DNA from: Candidatus Latescibacterota bacterium
GTDB taxonomy: Bacteria; Latescibacterota; UBA2968; UBA8231
Assembly (NCBI GenBank): GCA_964291625.2
Contig: OZ220089.1
Span: 608,001-672,000 of the forward strand
Length of the DNA: 64,000 nt
Direction: 5' to 3'
Position 1 is the first letter of the stretch. Each line of letters opens with the position of its first letter. Below the pieces are notes generated by a model, which did not search any database, had not been told where the DNA came from, and saw nothing but the letters and a program-made list of their open reading frames with translations. Below are positions 13,506 to 23,018 of the stretch, piece by piece. The translations under genes were made by a program, and so were the position numbers.

Positions 13506-14908
13506 CGGAACCCCGCCGCCGCCCCGGCGATCTCCGCCGCCCGGGCCACGGGCGCCGGCCACAGGCCCAGCAGCAGCAGCAGCCCGGCGCTCAGGAGCGC
13601 CGCCGAAAGGCTCCCCGCATCCGGCGCCGATGTCCCCGCGGTCTGCTCCCGCCCCCAGGCGACGTGGGCCGCGAAGCGGAGGAAGACCCAGGCGCTGAGC
13701 AGAGCGTTGGCCAGCAGCAGCACGGAGCCCGCCGACGGGGTCTCGACCAGACCTGCGAACAGCGCCGCGCGGGCGGGAAAGGCAGCCGTGGGCGGCAGGC
13801 CTGCGAGGGCGATGAGGCAGACGCACAGGGCGCCGCCGGCCAGCGGCTCGCGGCGGGCCAGTCCGGCCGCCGTCCCTCCCCGGGCGATGGAGCCGCTCAC
13901 CGCCAGCCCTCCCCCGAGGGCGAGGACCGCCGCCGTGAGTTGCAGCCACAGGCCGGGAGACGGGCCGGGGCCCGCCGCCAGGGCCGCCAGGCCGTATCCC
14001 GCCTGGATTACCACGCCGTACCCGAGCAGCGCCGTGAGCCTCCGCCGCCACAGGGCCAGCAGGTTGCCGGCCGTCACCGTCACCAGCGAGGCCGCCAGCA
14101 GCAGCGACGGCAGGTCCGGACGGACCTCCGCAAGGATCTCCACCAGCCGGCCCCCGACCACCAGGGCCGGCACCACGGAAACAGTCACCGTCAGCATCAC
14201 CGCCGAGGGTGCGCATCCGGCGCTGATCCCGCCCACCCAGTAGTGGAAGGGCACGACTCCGGCGCGCACGGCGAGGCCCGTCAGCAACAGACCTCCCCCG
14301 GTGACGGTCATCGCCGCGGACCCGGCGTCCATGCCCCTCGTCAGTTGTTCCCACTGGGAGGTGCCGGCTCCCGCCCACAGGCAGGCGATGCCCAGGAGGG
14401 TCAGACCCGTGGCGGCGGCCATGGGACCGGCCTGGCGCAGGGCGGCGCGGCTGGCGGCGGCGGGTCCGAGGGCGTTGCCGGCGATCAGACTCGCGGAGGA
14501 CAGCTCCAGACCGACGAACAGGACCACGAGATCCCGGGCGGAGACGGCTACCATGGCGCCCAGGACCCCCAGGGCCGTCAGGACGCCGGCCGCCGCCCGG
14601 ACACCGGCCGGGGCGGGAGAGCCCGCCGCCAGCAGGCCCGCGAGCACGGCTCCCCCCAGGATCAGCAGGTCGGCGAAGGCGGCCACCGGATCGGCGTACA
14701 GCAGTCCGTGCCGCCCCAGGGAGACGGGGTCCCAGGCCTGCAGCGACAGGGACAGGGCCACCAGCAGGCCCCCGAGGGTGAGAACGGCGGGCGCGCGGCC
14801 GGGACGACGGGGCCAGAGCACGGCGTCGAGCAGGGCCAGGCCGATGGCCAGCAGTCCCAGGCTCGTCTCCGGCGCCAGGTCCGGGCCCGCCAGGTCCGTC
14901 CATCTCAC
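13502..14908 (-). CDS. nuoN: Divergent NuoN-like antiporter-type subunit
   Basis: DLVVLFVGLEL, RAGVVPFHYW, LAGLPPTAAF; GTGA overlap with the upstream stop. Confidence 0.75.
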   Translation of the reverse strand: MRWTDLAGPDLAPETSLGLLAIGLALLDAVLWPRRPGRAPAVLTLGGLLVALSLSLQAWDPVSLGRHGLLYADPVAAFADLLILGGAVLAGLLAAGSPAPAGVRAAAGVLTALGVLGAMVAVSARDLVVLFVGLELSSASLIAGNALGPAAASRAALRQAGPMAAATGLTLLGIACLWAGAGTSQWEQLTRGMDAGSAAMTVTGGGLLLTGLAVRAGVVPFHYWVGGISAGCAPSAVMLTVTVSVVPALVVGGRLVEILAEVRPDLPSLLLAASLVTVTAGNLLALWRRRLTALLGYGVVIQAGYGLAALAAGPGPSPGLWLQLTAAVLALGGGLAVSGSIARGGTAAGLARREPLAGGALCVCLIALAGLPPTAAFPARAALFAGLVETPSAGSVLLLANALLSAWVFLRFAAHVAWGREQTAGTSAPDAGSLSAALLSAGLLLLLGLWPAPVARAAEIAGAAAGFR

Positions 14909-16362
14909 GGGCGGATGCCCTTCACCTGCGCGGCCGGGGCCGCCTTCACCCCCGGCTCGCCGGAGGTCGGGGGACCCGGCCGCATGCGCTCGATGACCGG
15001 CCGGGCCCCGGACAGCAGCGGCTCCGGGCGCAGACCGACGACCCCGGCGGTGACGATGAGCAGCGCCAGAACCCGGCCCAGGGCCCCGCGGCCGGACGAA
15101 ACCGGTCTCCGCGCCAGATCCACCACCGGATCGAGGAGCGCCACCGCGAGGACTCCCGATGAGAGGATGAGGAGCCAGCCCAGGCCCGGGTGGACTGACA
15201 GGACCCCCGCCACCAAGGTCAGCCAACCGGGCAAGGCCCCGCCCCCCGGGACGGCGGCCACGGTCAGACCCAGGGCCAGCCAGGCCCACGCGGTGCGCAG
15301 ACCGCCCGCTCCCCGGTCCTCGATCCACAGGGCGAGAAGGAGCAGGGAGGCGCGCGGCAGGGCGATGCCCGCGGCCAGGGCCGCGGCTCCCAGAGCCTGG
15401 AGGCTGCCTGGCGCGAAGAGACCGGCAGCCACCAGGCCGCCGGTGGAGGCCACGGCCAGGGCCGCCCGCGGGGACAGGCCGGGACGGGGCTGGACAACCG
15501 CCAGCATCGCCGTCCAAAGGGAGCTCGAGCCGGCCCACAGGACCAGCCACGTCGAGGCCGCCAGGGCTTCGGCCGGAAACAGGGCCAGCCAGAATCGCAG
15601 CAGACCGAAGGCTCCCACCGCGCACCAGGCGCCGGAGATCAGGATCCGCCCGGAGAGGGCGCCGGACGTGCACACCGGGACCAGCCAGGTATGGAACGGC
15701 ACCAGGGGGATCTGCATGGCCAGGGCCGCCGCCGCCAGCGCCGCCGCCGGCCCCCCGTGGGAGACGTCCGCGGCGGCGAGCTTGTCAACGAGGGTGCAGC
15801 CGTTCCCGGCGCCGCACAGGGCCGCGGCGGCGGCCAGCATCAGGGACCCGCTCGCCGCCCAGTGGGCGAAGCGGCGGCCGGCGCGCCCGCTGCCCGCTTC
15901 CCGGTCCAGGCCGAGGACCGCCGCCAGGGCCAGACCGGCGAGACCGTGGCCGGCGGCGGCGACCATCAGATCGCGGGTGGTCAGCACCAGGGCCATCCCG
16001 CCAGCGCCCGTCAGGGCCAGGGCCAGCCGGGCCCGGCTGGGCGCCCCCCCGAAGCGGCCCTCCACGCTCACCGCCAGCAGCAGCACCGCCGCCAGGGCCA
16101 GCAGGGCGTAGCGGTTGAGGCCGTCGATGGCCAGCGCCAGCCCGGAGCCCGTCGTCGCCAGCCACGGGGCGGTAGACCCCCAGGAGAGCTCCCGGCCGTG
16201 GGCGGCCTCCAGACATGAGAGGCCGGCGAGGAGCAGCAGACCCGCCGCGGCGGCGGTGGAGACCCTTCTTGCGGCGAGCCCCCGCAGCGGCGCCAGGGCG
16301 AGGCCCAGGGCCGCGCACAGAGGCAGCAGGACGATGCCCAGGGTCACGAAGGAGACGTCCAC
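14905..16362 (-). CDS. nuoM: Divergent NuoM-like subunit
   Basis: LAIDGLN, QIPLVPFHTWL, GAFGLLRF. Confidence 0.75.
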   Translation of the reverse strand: MDVSFVTLGIVLLPLCAALGLALAPLRGLAARRVSTAAAAGLLLLAGLSCLEAAHGRELSWGSTAPWLATTGSGLALAIDGLNRYALLALAAVLLLAVSVEGRFGGAPSRARLALALTGAGGMALVLTTRDLMVAAAGHGLAGLALAAVLGLDREAGSGRAGRRFAHWAASGSLMLAAAAALCGAGNGCTLVDKLAAADVSHGGPAAALAAAALAMQIPLVPFHTWLVPVCTSGALSGRILISGAWCAVGAFGLLRFWLALFPAEALAASTWLVLWAGSSSLWTAMLAVVQPRPGLSPRAALAVASTGGLVAAGLFAPGSLQALGAAALAAGIALPRASLLLLALWIEDRGAGGLRTAWAWLALGLTVAAVPGGGALPGWLTLVAGVLSVHPGLGWLLILSSGVLAVALLDPVVDLARRPVSSGRGALGRVLALLIVTAGVVGLRPEPLLSGARPVIERMRPGPPTSGEPGVKAAPAAQVKGIRP

Positions 16363-16363
16363 C

Positions 16364-18043
16364 TCAGCGGCCCTCCATGCACCACAGGACCACGAGCACC
16401 ACCCCCGCGGCCAGGGCCGCCGGCCAGAGCCGCCGACTGGCGTGCTCCGCCCACGCCAGCGCCCAGCCCGCGCCGCGGAGAGCCAGGCCCAGGGCGCCCC
16501 AGGCGGCGCCGAGGACGGCGCCGTCGACGAAGGTCCACAGCCCCCGGCCCAGGGAGATGGCCGCCACGGCGACCCCCTGCTGAGCGGCGCCGGCGCCAAA
16601 CCCGCCGGCGGCAAACCGGCGCGCGGCCGAGGCCGGCCGCAGGGCCGGGTTCAGACCCCGGCGCCAGATCAGGACGGAGATCCCCACGGCCGCGGCGTTG
16701 GCCGCGGCGGCCAGTCCGAATCCGTCCAACGGGGGCGCGGGCAGGCTCATCCAGGCGAGGACGGGCAGAGCCGCGAAGACCAGCCCGGCCGAGATCGATC
16801 CGGCCGCGGTCGGGAGAGCCGGCCGGACCACCTCCTTCGCGGCGGCCCGTGGAACCGCCCCTGCAAAGGGGGCGAGGGCGAGCCGGCCCATGGCGAGGAC
16901 CGACAGGGCGAATGGGGCCAGGACGGCGGCCATCCCCGCGGGTCCGTAGCCGCCATAGGCATGCTTCAGCAGGAGTGCCTGACCCCAGAGCCCGGTGAGG
17001 GAGAGGACCGGGACCAGGACGGCGGCCAGGCACATCCACCGGGCCGCCGGCAGGGAGCCGCCCAGGCCGCCGAGCTGGTTTAGCCGCACCACCGCCGGGA
17101 GGGCGGCCCTGACCAGACCGAGGCCCGCGGCCAGGCAGAGCCGGGCGCCCAGGGCCGTGCCCAGCACCAGCCATCCCGCGATTGGATCGGCTGCGGCCGC
17201 CGCCGCCGCCAACCCGGCCTGGGCCGCCGCGATCCAACCCGGGATCCGCCGCAGTCCGCCGCTTGCCAGGGCCGCCGCCGAGGCGGCTGCGGCCGCCGCT
17301 AGGCCGACGCCGAAGACCACCTCCTGCAGGGGTCCCGCCAGTGGGCCGGACCGGGACAACAGGGATGCGCCGGCCACGGCCAGAACGCTCGCCGCGGCGC
17401 CGGAGGCCGGGCAGGACGACACCTCCAGGATCCACTGGTGGAGCGGCCAGGCGCCGAGGCCGATGACGGCGGCGAGGATGAGCAGACCTGCGGCCGGTTC
17501 CGCGTTCCAGGCGATGCCTTCGTGAGGGCCGCCTCCCGCCATTGAGGCAGCGGTTGCGGCCAGCAGGGCCACCGAACCGATTCGAGTCAGCAGCAGCAGG
17601 CGGCGGGCTCCGGCTTCGGAGACGTCCCCGGACCTGGCGGCCGTCACCAGGAGGGCGGCGACGGCGATCTCCCATCCCAGCAGCAGGGGCAGCCAGTCGG
17701 CGGCGCACGACAGCAGGACCACTCCCATGGCGGCCACCGTGACCATGGCCCGGTGGACTCCGTCGATGGCCGGCTGAGCCAGCGGATACAGCAGACCGGC
17801 GACGGCGGCGGCCCCCAGGGCAGCCGCCGCGGTCCCGTCGGCGCGCAGGCCGAACCCGAGGCTGGCGCCGCCCGCGGGACCGGCGCCGACCGCTCCCCCT
17901 GCGAACCCGGCGGCGGCAAGGCATGCGAGGAGCCGCAGAGCGTGGGCGGGCCTCGGCCGTCCGGCAAGGTCGGCGGCGGCGGCTCCGGCGAAGGCCAGGA
18001 GGACGGCGGCGAGGGCCGCACCGAGAGTCTGCGCGTCGGTCAT
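16364..18043 (-). CDS. nuoL: Divergent NuoL-like subunit
   Basis: LGWEIA, TRIG, WPLHQW, LGGL, FVDGAV; start MTDAQT overlaps the nuoK-like stop (ATGA). Confidence 0.75.
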   Translation of the reverse strand: MTDAQTLGAALAAVLLAFAGAAAADLAGRPRPAHALRLLACLAAAGFAGGAVGAGPAGGASLGFGLRADGTAAAALGAAAVAGLLYPLAQPAIDGVHRAMVTVAAMGVVLLSCAADWLPLLLGWEIAVAALLVTAARSGDVSEAGARRLLLLTRIGSVALLAATAASMAGGGPHEGIAWNAEPAAGLLILAAVIGLGAWPLHQWILEVSSCPASGAAASVLAVAGASLLSRSGPLAGPLQEVVFGVGLAAAAAASAAALASGGLRRIPGWIAAAQAGLAAAAAAADPIAGWLVLGTALGARLCLAAGLGLVRAALPAVVRLNQLGGLGGSLPAARWMCLAAVLVPVLSLTGLWGQALLLKHAYGGYGPAGMAAVLAPFALSVLAMGRLALAPFAGAVPRAAAKEVVRPALPTAAGSISAGLVFAALPVLAWMSLPAPPLDGFGLAAAANAAAVGISVLIWRRGLNPALRPASAARRFAAGGFGAGAAQQGVAVAAISLGRGLWTFVDGAVLGAAWGALGLALRGAGWALAWAEHASRRLWPAALAAGVVLVVLWCMEGR

Positions 18044-18312
18044 GGGTGGGGCGCCTGTCCTGACTTGCCGGCAGCCTCCCGGCGGACCAGCGCCAGCACG
18101 AGGCCGGCCTGGGCCCCCGCCGCGGCGACCGCGGCGACGGCCAGCACGCGCCCCTCCCCGCCGAGGAGCGTCACCACGGCCAGCACCCCTCCGAGGATCC
18201 CCACCTGCCCGGCCACCAGCGGCGCCAGGGCATGAGGCCGGAGCAGCGCGGCCCCGACGCCGGCGGCCAGGAGCAACGCCGCCAGCGCCAGGACCCATGC
18301 GGTTGCGGTCAC
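18040..18312 (-). CDS. nuoK: Divergent NuoK-like subunit
   Basis: 90 aa, three hydrophobic segments, VAAAGAQAGLVL echoes [10 protein letters not shown]; operon position. Confidence 0.6.
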   Translation of the reverse strand: MTATAWVLALAALLLAAGVGAALLRPHALAPLVAGQVGILGGVLAVVTLLGGEGRVLAVAAVAAAGAQAGLVLALVRREAAGKSGQAPHP

Positions 18313-18758
18313 GAGGCTTCCATGCCGGGACCCGGCCGCCGCGAGAGGGCGCCGACCCCGACCACCGCCGAGAGCAGCAACAGGGCTCCGAGGGCGAGGA
18401 CCAGAACGCCGCTGCGCGGCGGCTCCGCGGCAGGGGATGGTCCAGCAGCCAGGCCGGCGGACAGGGCCATGGCCAGGACCACCCCCAGCCCCGCGACCAC
18501 GACCGCCGACAGCAGCCGCGTCGGACGGCTCGCGGCGCTGGCGGCCAGCGCCGCCGGGGACGAGGCCGCCAGTCCCACCGCCGCCTGCACCAGGAGCACG
18601 GCGGCGGCGGTGAAGGCGTCGTGCACGGCGGCGATGGCCGCCACCCCGGCGGCGGCGAGACCGAGGCCGACGCAGGCGCCGTGGGCGGAGCGCCAGCAGG
18701 CGGCGGCGAGGGCGCCTCCACCGGCGGCGGCGGTCGAGGCAAGCAGGATCAGTTCCAC
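18309..18758 (-). CDS. nuoJ: Divergent NuoJ-like subunit
   Basis: Hydrophobic 149 aa from GTG (VELILLA), LLLSAVVGVGAL at the C-terminus; position. Confidence 0.55.
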   Translation of the reverse strand: MELILLASTAAAGGGALAAACWRSAHGACVGLGLAAAGVAAIAAVHDAFTAAAVLLVQAAVGLAASSPAALAASAASRPTRLLSAVVVAGLGVVLAMALSAGLAAGPSPAAEPPRSGVLVLALGALLLLSAVVGVGALSRRPGPGMEAS

Positions 18759-19681
18759 GGCAGCCACCCCGCGGAGCGGAGGACCGAGAGGGCGAGGTCG
18801 ACCAGGGCGAGGGGGACGATGCGCGTCCAGGCCGTGCGCGCGAGCCCGGCGGGCGTGCCGTCCGACAGGCTGGGACCGATGGCCACCGCCGAGGCCAGCA
18901 CCGCGGCGGCGGTCACAGCGGGCAGGATCTCCACCCATCCGGCCGCCCCCGGCAGGCCGCCGCCGAACAGGTGGCAGGCGAGGAGGGCGGCCGCCCCCAG
19001 CTGCAGATGCCGCGACAGGGACAGCCACAGCGGGCCCGTCCCGGAGGCCGGACGCAGTCCGGCCCGGCGCCCGCCGAGCACCGATCCGGTGCAGCGGCAG
19101 AGGACGGCGAGGGCCCCGACCCAGGCCGCCACCCCCGCGGGATGGGACCACAGGGGCCAGTCCCCCGGGGCGCGGGAGTACGCCGCCAGCACCGGAACGC
19201 CGTCGGTGACCAGCGCCGCCGCCACCAGCAGAAAGGCCAGGTGGCAGCCCATGATGGTCACGGCGCCCGCGCTCAGGGACCGGCGCCCCTCGGCCCCGGC
19301 GAAGGCCGCCGGCAGCATCCAGGCCTGGGCCGAAACCCCCAGCAGGGCCACCAGCACCAGCGCCTGCACCGCTCCCCCCGCGGTGGCCGCCCCCTGGGGA
19401 AACAGCCCTCCCACCCCCGCGCCGGGGGGCAGAAGAGCGACCAGGGCAAGGGCGGGCAGCAGGGCGGCGAAGGCCGCGGCACCCGCTCCGGGGGCCGGCC
19501 TCCCCGATCGTGCCATCACCTTTGCTGCGTCGGCCACGGGACCGAGGAGCGGCGGACGGCGCAGGCCGGTGACTCGGGCCCTCGCCGCACGCTCGACGAT
19601 GGCGCTGCCGTAGGCGAGACCGAGGCTGCCGAGGAGAGCGAGGAAGGCGCCGCCGGAAGAGATGTCGGCGGATGAGGTCAC
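18749..19681 (-). CDS. nuoH: Divergent NuoH-like subunit
   Basis: IVER..GPVADAAK, AWTRIVPLAL; about eight hydrophobic segments; position. Confidence 0.65.
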   Translation of the reverse strand: MTSSADISSGGAFLALLGSLGLAYGSAIVERAARARVTGLRRPPLLGPVADAAKVMARSGRPAPGAGAAAFAALLPALALVALLPPGAGVGGLFPQGAATAGGAVQALVLVALLGVSAQAWMLPAAFAGAEGRRSLSAGAVTIMGCHLAFLLVAAALVTDGVPVLAAYSRAPGDWPLWSHPAGVAAWVGALAVLCRCTGSVLGGRRAGLRPASGTGPLWLSLSRHLQLGAAALLACHLFGGGLPGAAGWVEILPAVTAAAVLASAVAIGPSLSDGTPAGLARTAWTRIVPLALVDLALSVLRSAGWLPWN

Positions 19682-21288
19682 GGCCGGCTGACGAGGTCGG
19701 CGGCGGGGACCTGGCCGGAGCGCCGCAGCCAGCTCGTCCAGCCGCCGCCGAAGGCGGGCCCCGGCGTCGGATGGTCATCCCCGTCGAGGGTTTGGTAGTC
19801 GAGTCCGGCGAAAGGTTCGTGACGGGTCCGGGCCAGCCGCGCGAAGAACTGGTCGGCCGAATCGCGGTTCGGACCGCCGTGCCAGAGGGCGCTGAGGATC
19901 CACAGGTCCGGTCTGGCGTCGCCGGGGGGCTCGACGGCGGAGCGGACCCGCCGCACCCGTCCGAGGCCGTCGACGAAGGTGCCCTCCTTCTCGGTCCAGG
20001 CGCTCCCGCCCGCCAGGGCGATGACGGCGCCATCCACCAGCGGCGACGGGGTGAGGTCGTGGGAGATGAGCCGCGTCTCCCGGCCCCGGAGGATGCCCGG
20101 GCCCTCTCCGCACAGCGAGCCTCCCACGGCGTACACCACGTCGAGGCCGGCGGGGAGGTCGGGCGCCGGAAGCGGGGACGATCCCGTCGCCCGGGCGACG
20201 GCCCGGACGCCGGCGGCGTTCGGCCCTTTGGAGGCGCTGATCGTGAACCCTCCGGGAAAGACGCGGTCTCCCCCGGGATCCGCCTCCTCCCACAAGTAGA
20301 GCTCCGCCTTCCAGCGGCGGGCGAGCTGGATGAGCAGGAAGGCCTCCTCGTTGGTCAGGTAGGGGCTCAGGATCACCGCGGAGCGGCGCCCCTGCTCCAT
20401 CTCTTCGGCAACACCGGCCAGGGCCGTGTCCCAACCCGCCTCCCGGCCCTCCCGGCGCGGAGCCAGCAGGCGTTCGCCCTGCGGCTGCCAGCCGTAGCGG
20501 CCGTGATCGCACAGCCAGAAGCCGCCGGCCGGATCCTCCGGCCGGGGCTTGACCCTCCACACGCGGCCGTCGTGCACGTCCACCCGGGTGGCGCAGCCGC
20601 TGGCGCACCCGGCGCAAACGCTGGAGACCCCCGTCAGCCGCCACGGCGGCGGCGCCTCTCGTTCATCGGGATCGCTCAGGGCGCCCGCCGGGCACAGGTC
20701 CAGGAGGTTGCCGGTCATGGCCCCTGCGATCCGATCACCGGCGCCGGCGCCGATGCGGGCGCCGGCCCCGCCGCCTTCGACGGCCAGGCCCGGCTCCCCG
20801 GAGACCTCTTCGCCGAAGCGGACACAGCGGGTGCACAGGATGCACCGACGGCGGTCGAGGATCAGCCTCGGCCCGAGGACGAGGCGCTCCGGCTCTCCCG
20901 GCCCCACCGACGGCGTTCGGCCGCCCCCGGCAACCCGCACCGCTTCCTGCAGCTCGCACTCGCCGGCCCGCTCGCAGACGGCGCAGTCCGCCGGGTGGCG
21001 CAGCAGCAGGTCGTCGAGCACGCGCTCGCGCGCCGCCGCCGCTTCGGGCGCATCGAGGGAGACCGACATCCCCCCGCGGACCCCCTGGTTGCAGACGGTG
21101 ATCAGCTCCGGACCCCCCGGCCCCTCCAGGGAGGCGACGCACAGACGGCAGGAGGCCGGTGCCGAGAGGGCCGGATGGAAGCAGGGGTGCGGCAGCTCGC
21201 GGCCAGCCGACAGCAGGGTCGTCAGGAGGTTCGCCCCCTCCCGAGCCTCCACGGCCTCCCCGTCCACATGGATGGTGACGATGGCCAT
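19678..21288 (-). CDS. nuoG: NuoG-like Fe-S subunit
   Basis: Start MAIVTIHVDG; CFHPALSAPASCRLC, HPADCAVCERAGEC, RCILCTRC..CPAGAL, CAGCASGC..LCDHGRY. Confidence 0.9.
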   Translation of the reverse strand: MAIVTIHVDGEAVEAREGANLLTTLLSAGRELPHPCFHPALSAPASCRLCVASLEGPGGPELITVCNQGVRGGMSVSLDAPEAAAARERVLDDLLLRHPADCAVCERAGECELQEAVRVAGGGRTPSVGPGEPERLVLGPRLILDRRRCILCTRCVRFGEEVSGEPGLAVEGGGAGARIGAGAGDRIAGAMTGNLLDLCPAGALSDPDEREAPPPWRLTGVSSVCAGCASGCATRVDVHDGRVWRVKPRPEDPAGGFWLCDHGRYGWQPQGERLLAPRREGREAGWDTALAGVAEEMEQGRRSAVILSPYLTNEEAFLLIQLARRWKAELYLWEEADPGGDRVFPGGFTISASKGPNAAGVRAVARATGSSPLPAPDLPAGLDVVYAVGGSLCGEGPGILRGRETRLISHDLTPSPLVDGAVIALAGGSAWTEKEGTFVDGLGRVRRVRSAVEPPGDARPDLWILSALWHGGPNRDSADQFFARLARTRHEPFAGLDYQTLDGDDHPTPGPAFGGGWTSWLRRSGQVPAADLVSRP

Positions 21289-22602
21289 CAGAACCGCACG
21301 TGGATGCTCTCGGGGGACTTCATGGACAGATCCTTGGCCACCGGGCAGCCGCCGTCCAGATGGGCCTCGAACTCCTCGGCGAAGGCGGTGGCCAGGGCGC
21401 TGATCGGCGGAACTTCCGAGGGGTCCGTGCCCGCACAGAGCCAGGGGCGAGGTGAGGGACGCGGCCCTGGAGCGCAGCTGCTCCAGCTCCCCGGCCTTCG
21501 AGGCTCCGGCCTCGAGCCGATGGAGGACGCCGGCGGCCCAGGCGAGGCCCTCGCGGCATGGCGGGCACTGGGCGCAGGACGCGCCGGCCAGGTAGGCCGC
21601 CACCAGCCGGGCCGTGTCCACGGCGCAGACCGTCTCGTCGGCGACGATGACGGCGCCCGAGCCGAAGTCGCCTTCGAGGCCGCCGCCGCCGGGGCTGCTC
21701 CAGGCCCCGGGATCGACGGGCCGGTCGAGATCGGCCTCGCGCAGCACGGGCCGGGAGCCGTACCCGGAGTGGAGGACGAACTTCAGGGGCCGGCCATCGA
21801 GCGTACCTCCCGCGAGCCCCTCCACGAGACCGCGGAAGGTGCCCGAACCGAGGGCCACCTCGTACAGGCCCGGACGGCGCACGAGGCCGCTGATGCAGAA
21901 GACCTGGGTCCCCGGCGCCGAGGCGCTGCCCACGGCGCGGAAGGCGGCGCTCCCCCCCGCCAGCACCTGCGGCAGGTAGCCGAGGGTGGAGGCGGTATGC
22001 ACGGCGGCGGGCTCGCCGAAGAGGCTGGTGGCCGGCCCCCGGGTGCCGTCCGCTGCCCTTGGCTCGGGGCGGCCGCCTTCGATCAGGTTCAGGGCCAGGC
22101 TGTCGCCCGCGGCGACCGGGAGGGATCCGGGCACGGGGTGCAGGTGAATGGACAGACCGTGGCCGCCGACCTCTCCCGACTCGCGCAGCTCCGAGAGGGC
22201 CGCGGTCAGGGCCTTCCGGGCCCGCACCGCGTCGGCGCGGATGCAGAGGAAGGCCGCCGAGGCGCCGGTGGCCAGGGCGGCGATGCGCACGCCCTCCAGG
22301 AGCCGGTGCGGGTGCCGCTCCGCCAGCTTGCGGTCGCGGAAACGGGCCGGCTCCGGCTCGAGCAGGTCGGCCACCAGGTAGCGGGCGCCGCCGCGCTCCC
22401 GCAGGGCCTTCCAGCGCTCCCCCACCGGCCGCCAGGAGCCGCCGCGGCCGCGCAGACCGGAGGCCGTCACCTCCTCGACCACCCCGTCCGCTCCCAGGGC
22501 CAGGGCCCGGGCGAGGCCGCCGCCGCCGCGCCGGCGGTAGATGTGGTAGCGGTCGACGTCGGGTACGTCGATGCCCTCGAAGAGCAGGCGGTGCTCGTTC
22601 AC
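21288..22602 (-). CDS. nuoF: Divergent NuoF-like subunit with a frameshift near 21405-21412
   Basis: SGLRGRGG, SCAQCPPCREG, ALCGHG; the expected C-terminus PISALATAFAEEFEAHLDGGCP..* lies in another frame and ends in a TGATG overlap with nuoG. Confidence 0.85.
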
Positions 22603-23018
22603 GCCGCCTCTCCGGAGACAAGGTCGTCGAGACGCGCGGGGGTCAGCCCGTCGAAGAGGCGCCCCCCCCGCTCGAAGGCGGGCGCCGCCGAGCAGACGCC
22701 GAGGCAGGGGGCGGGGATCACCAGGTCCCCGAGACGTTCCCGCAGCCGGCGGCCGACCTCGTCGCCCCCCATGAGCCTGCAGCTCAACCCCGCGCAGACC
22801 CGCACCCGGTCCGCGGAACGGCCGCCGCCGCGGCTGGAGGCGATACCGGCGACGGCGGCGGCCGACAGTCCCGTGAGCCCGGCGATCCAGCGCGCCGCCT
22901 CGGGCTCGCAGGCGCCGCGGTCGGTCAGCACCAGGTCGATGAGGGGCATCAGGGCCCCGGAGGGGCGGGGGTAGCGGCTCAGCAGCTGCCGGGCGCGCTG
23001 CTCCAGGGCCTCGGTCAC
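22599..23018 (-). CDS. nuoE: NuoE-like [2Fe-2S] subunit
   Basis: SRYP..ALMPL, CAGLSC..CLGVC..AP. Confidence 0.85.
   Translation of the reverse strand: MTEALEQRARQLLSRYPRPSGALMPLIDLVLTDRGACEPEAARWIAGLTGLSAAAVAGIASSRGGGRSADRVRVCAGLSCRLMGGDEVGRRLRERLGDLVIPAPCLGVCSAAPAFERGGRLFDGLTPARLDDLVSGEAA

Noticed and set aside
13070-22974. Very long plus-strand ORFs (13070-16111, 18042-19613, 19672-22974)
   Set aside because: Antisense shadows of the nuo-like genes; Arg/Pro/Ala-rich with no motifs, as expected at very high GC
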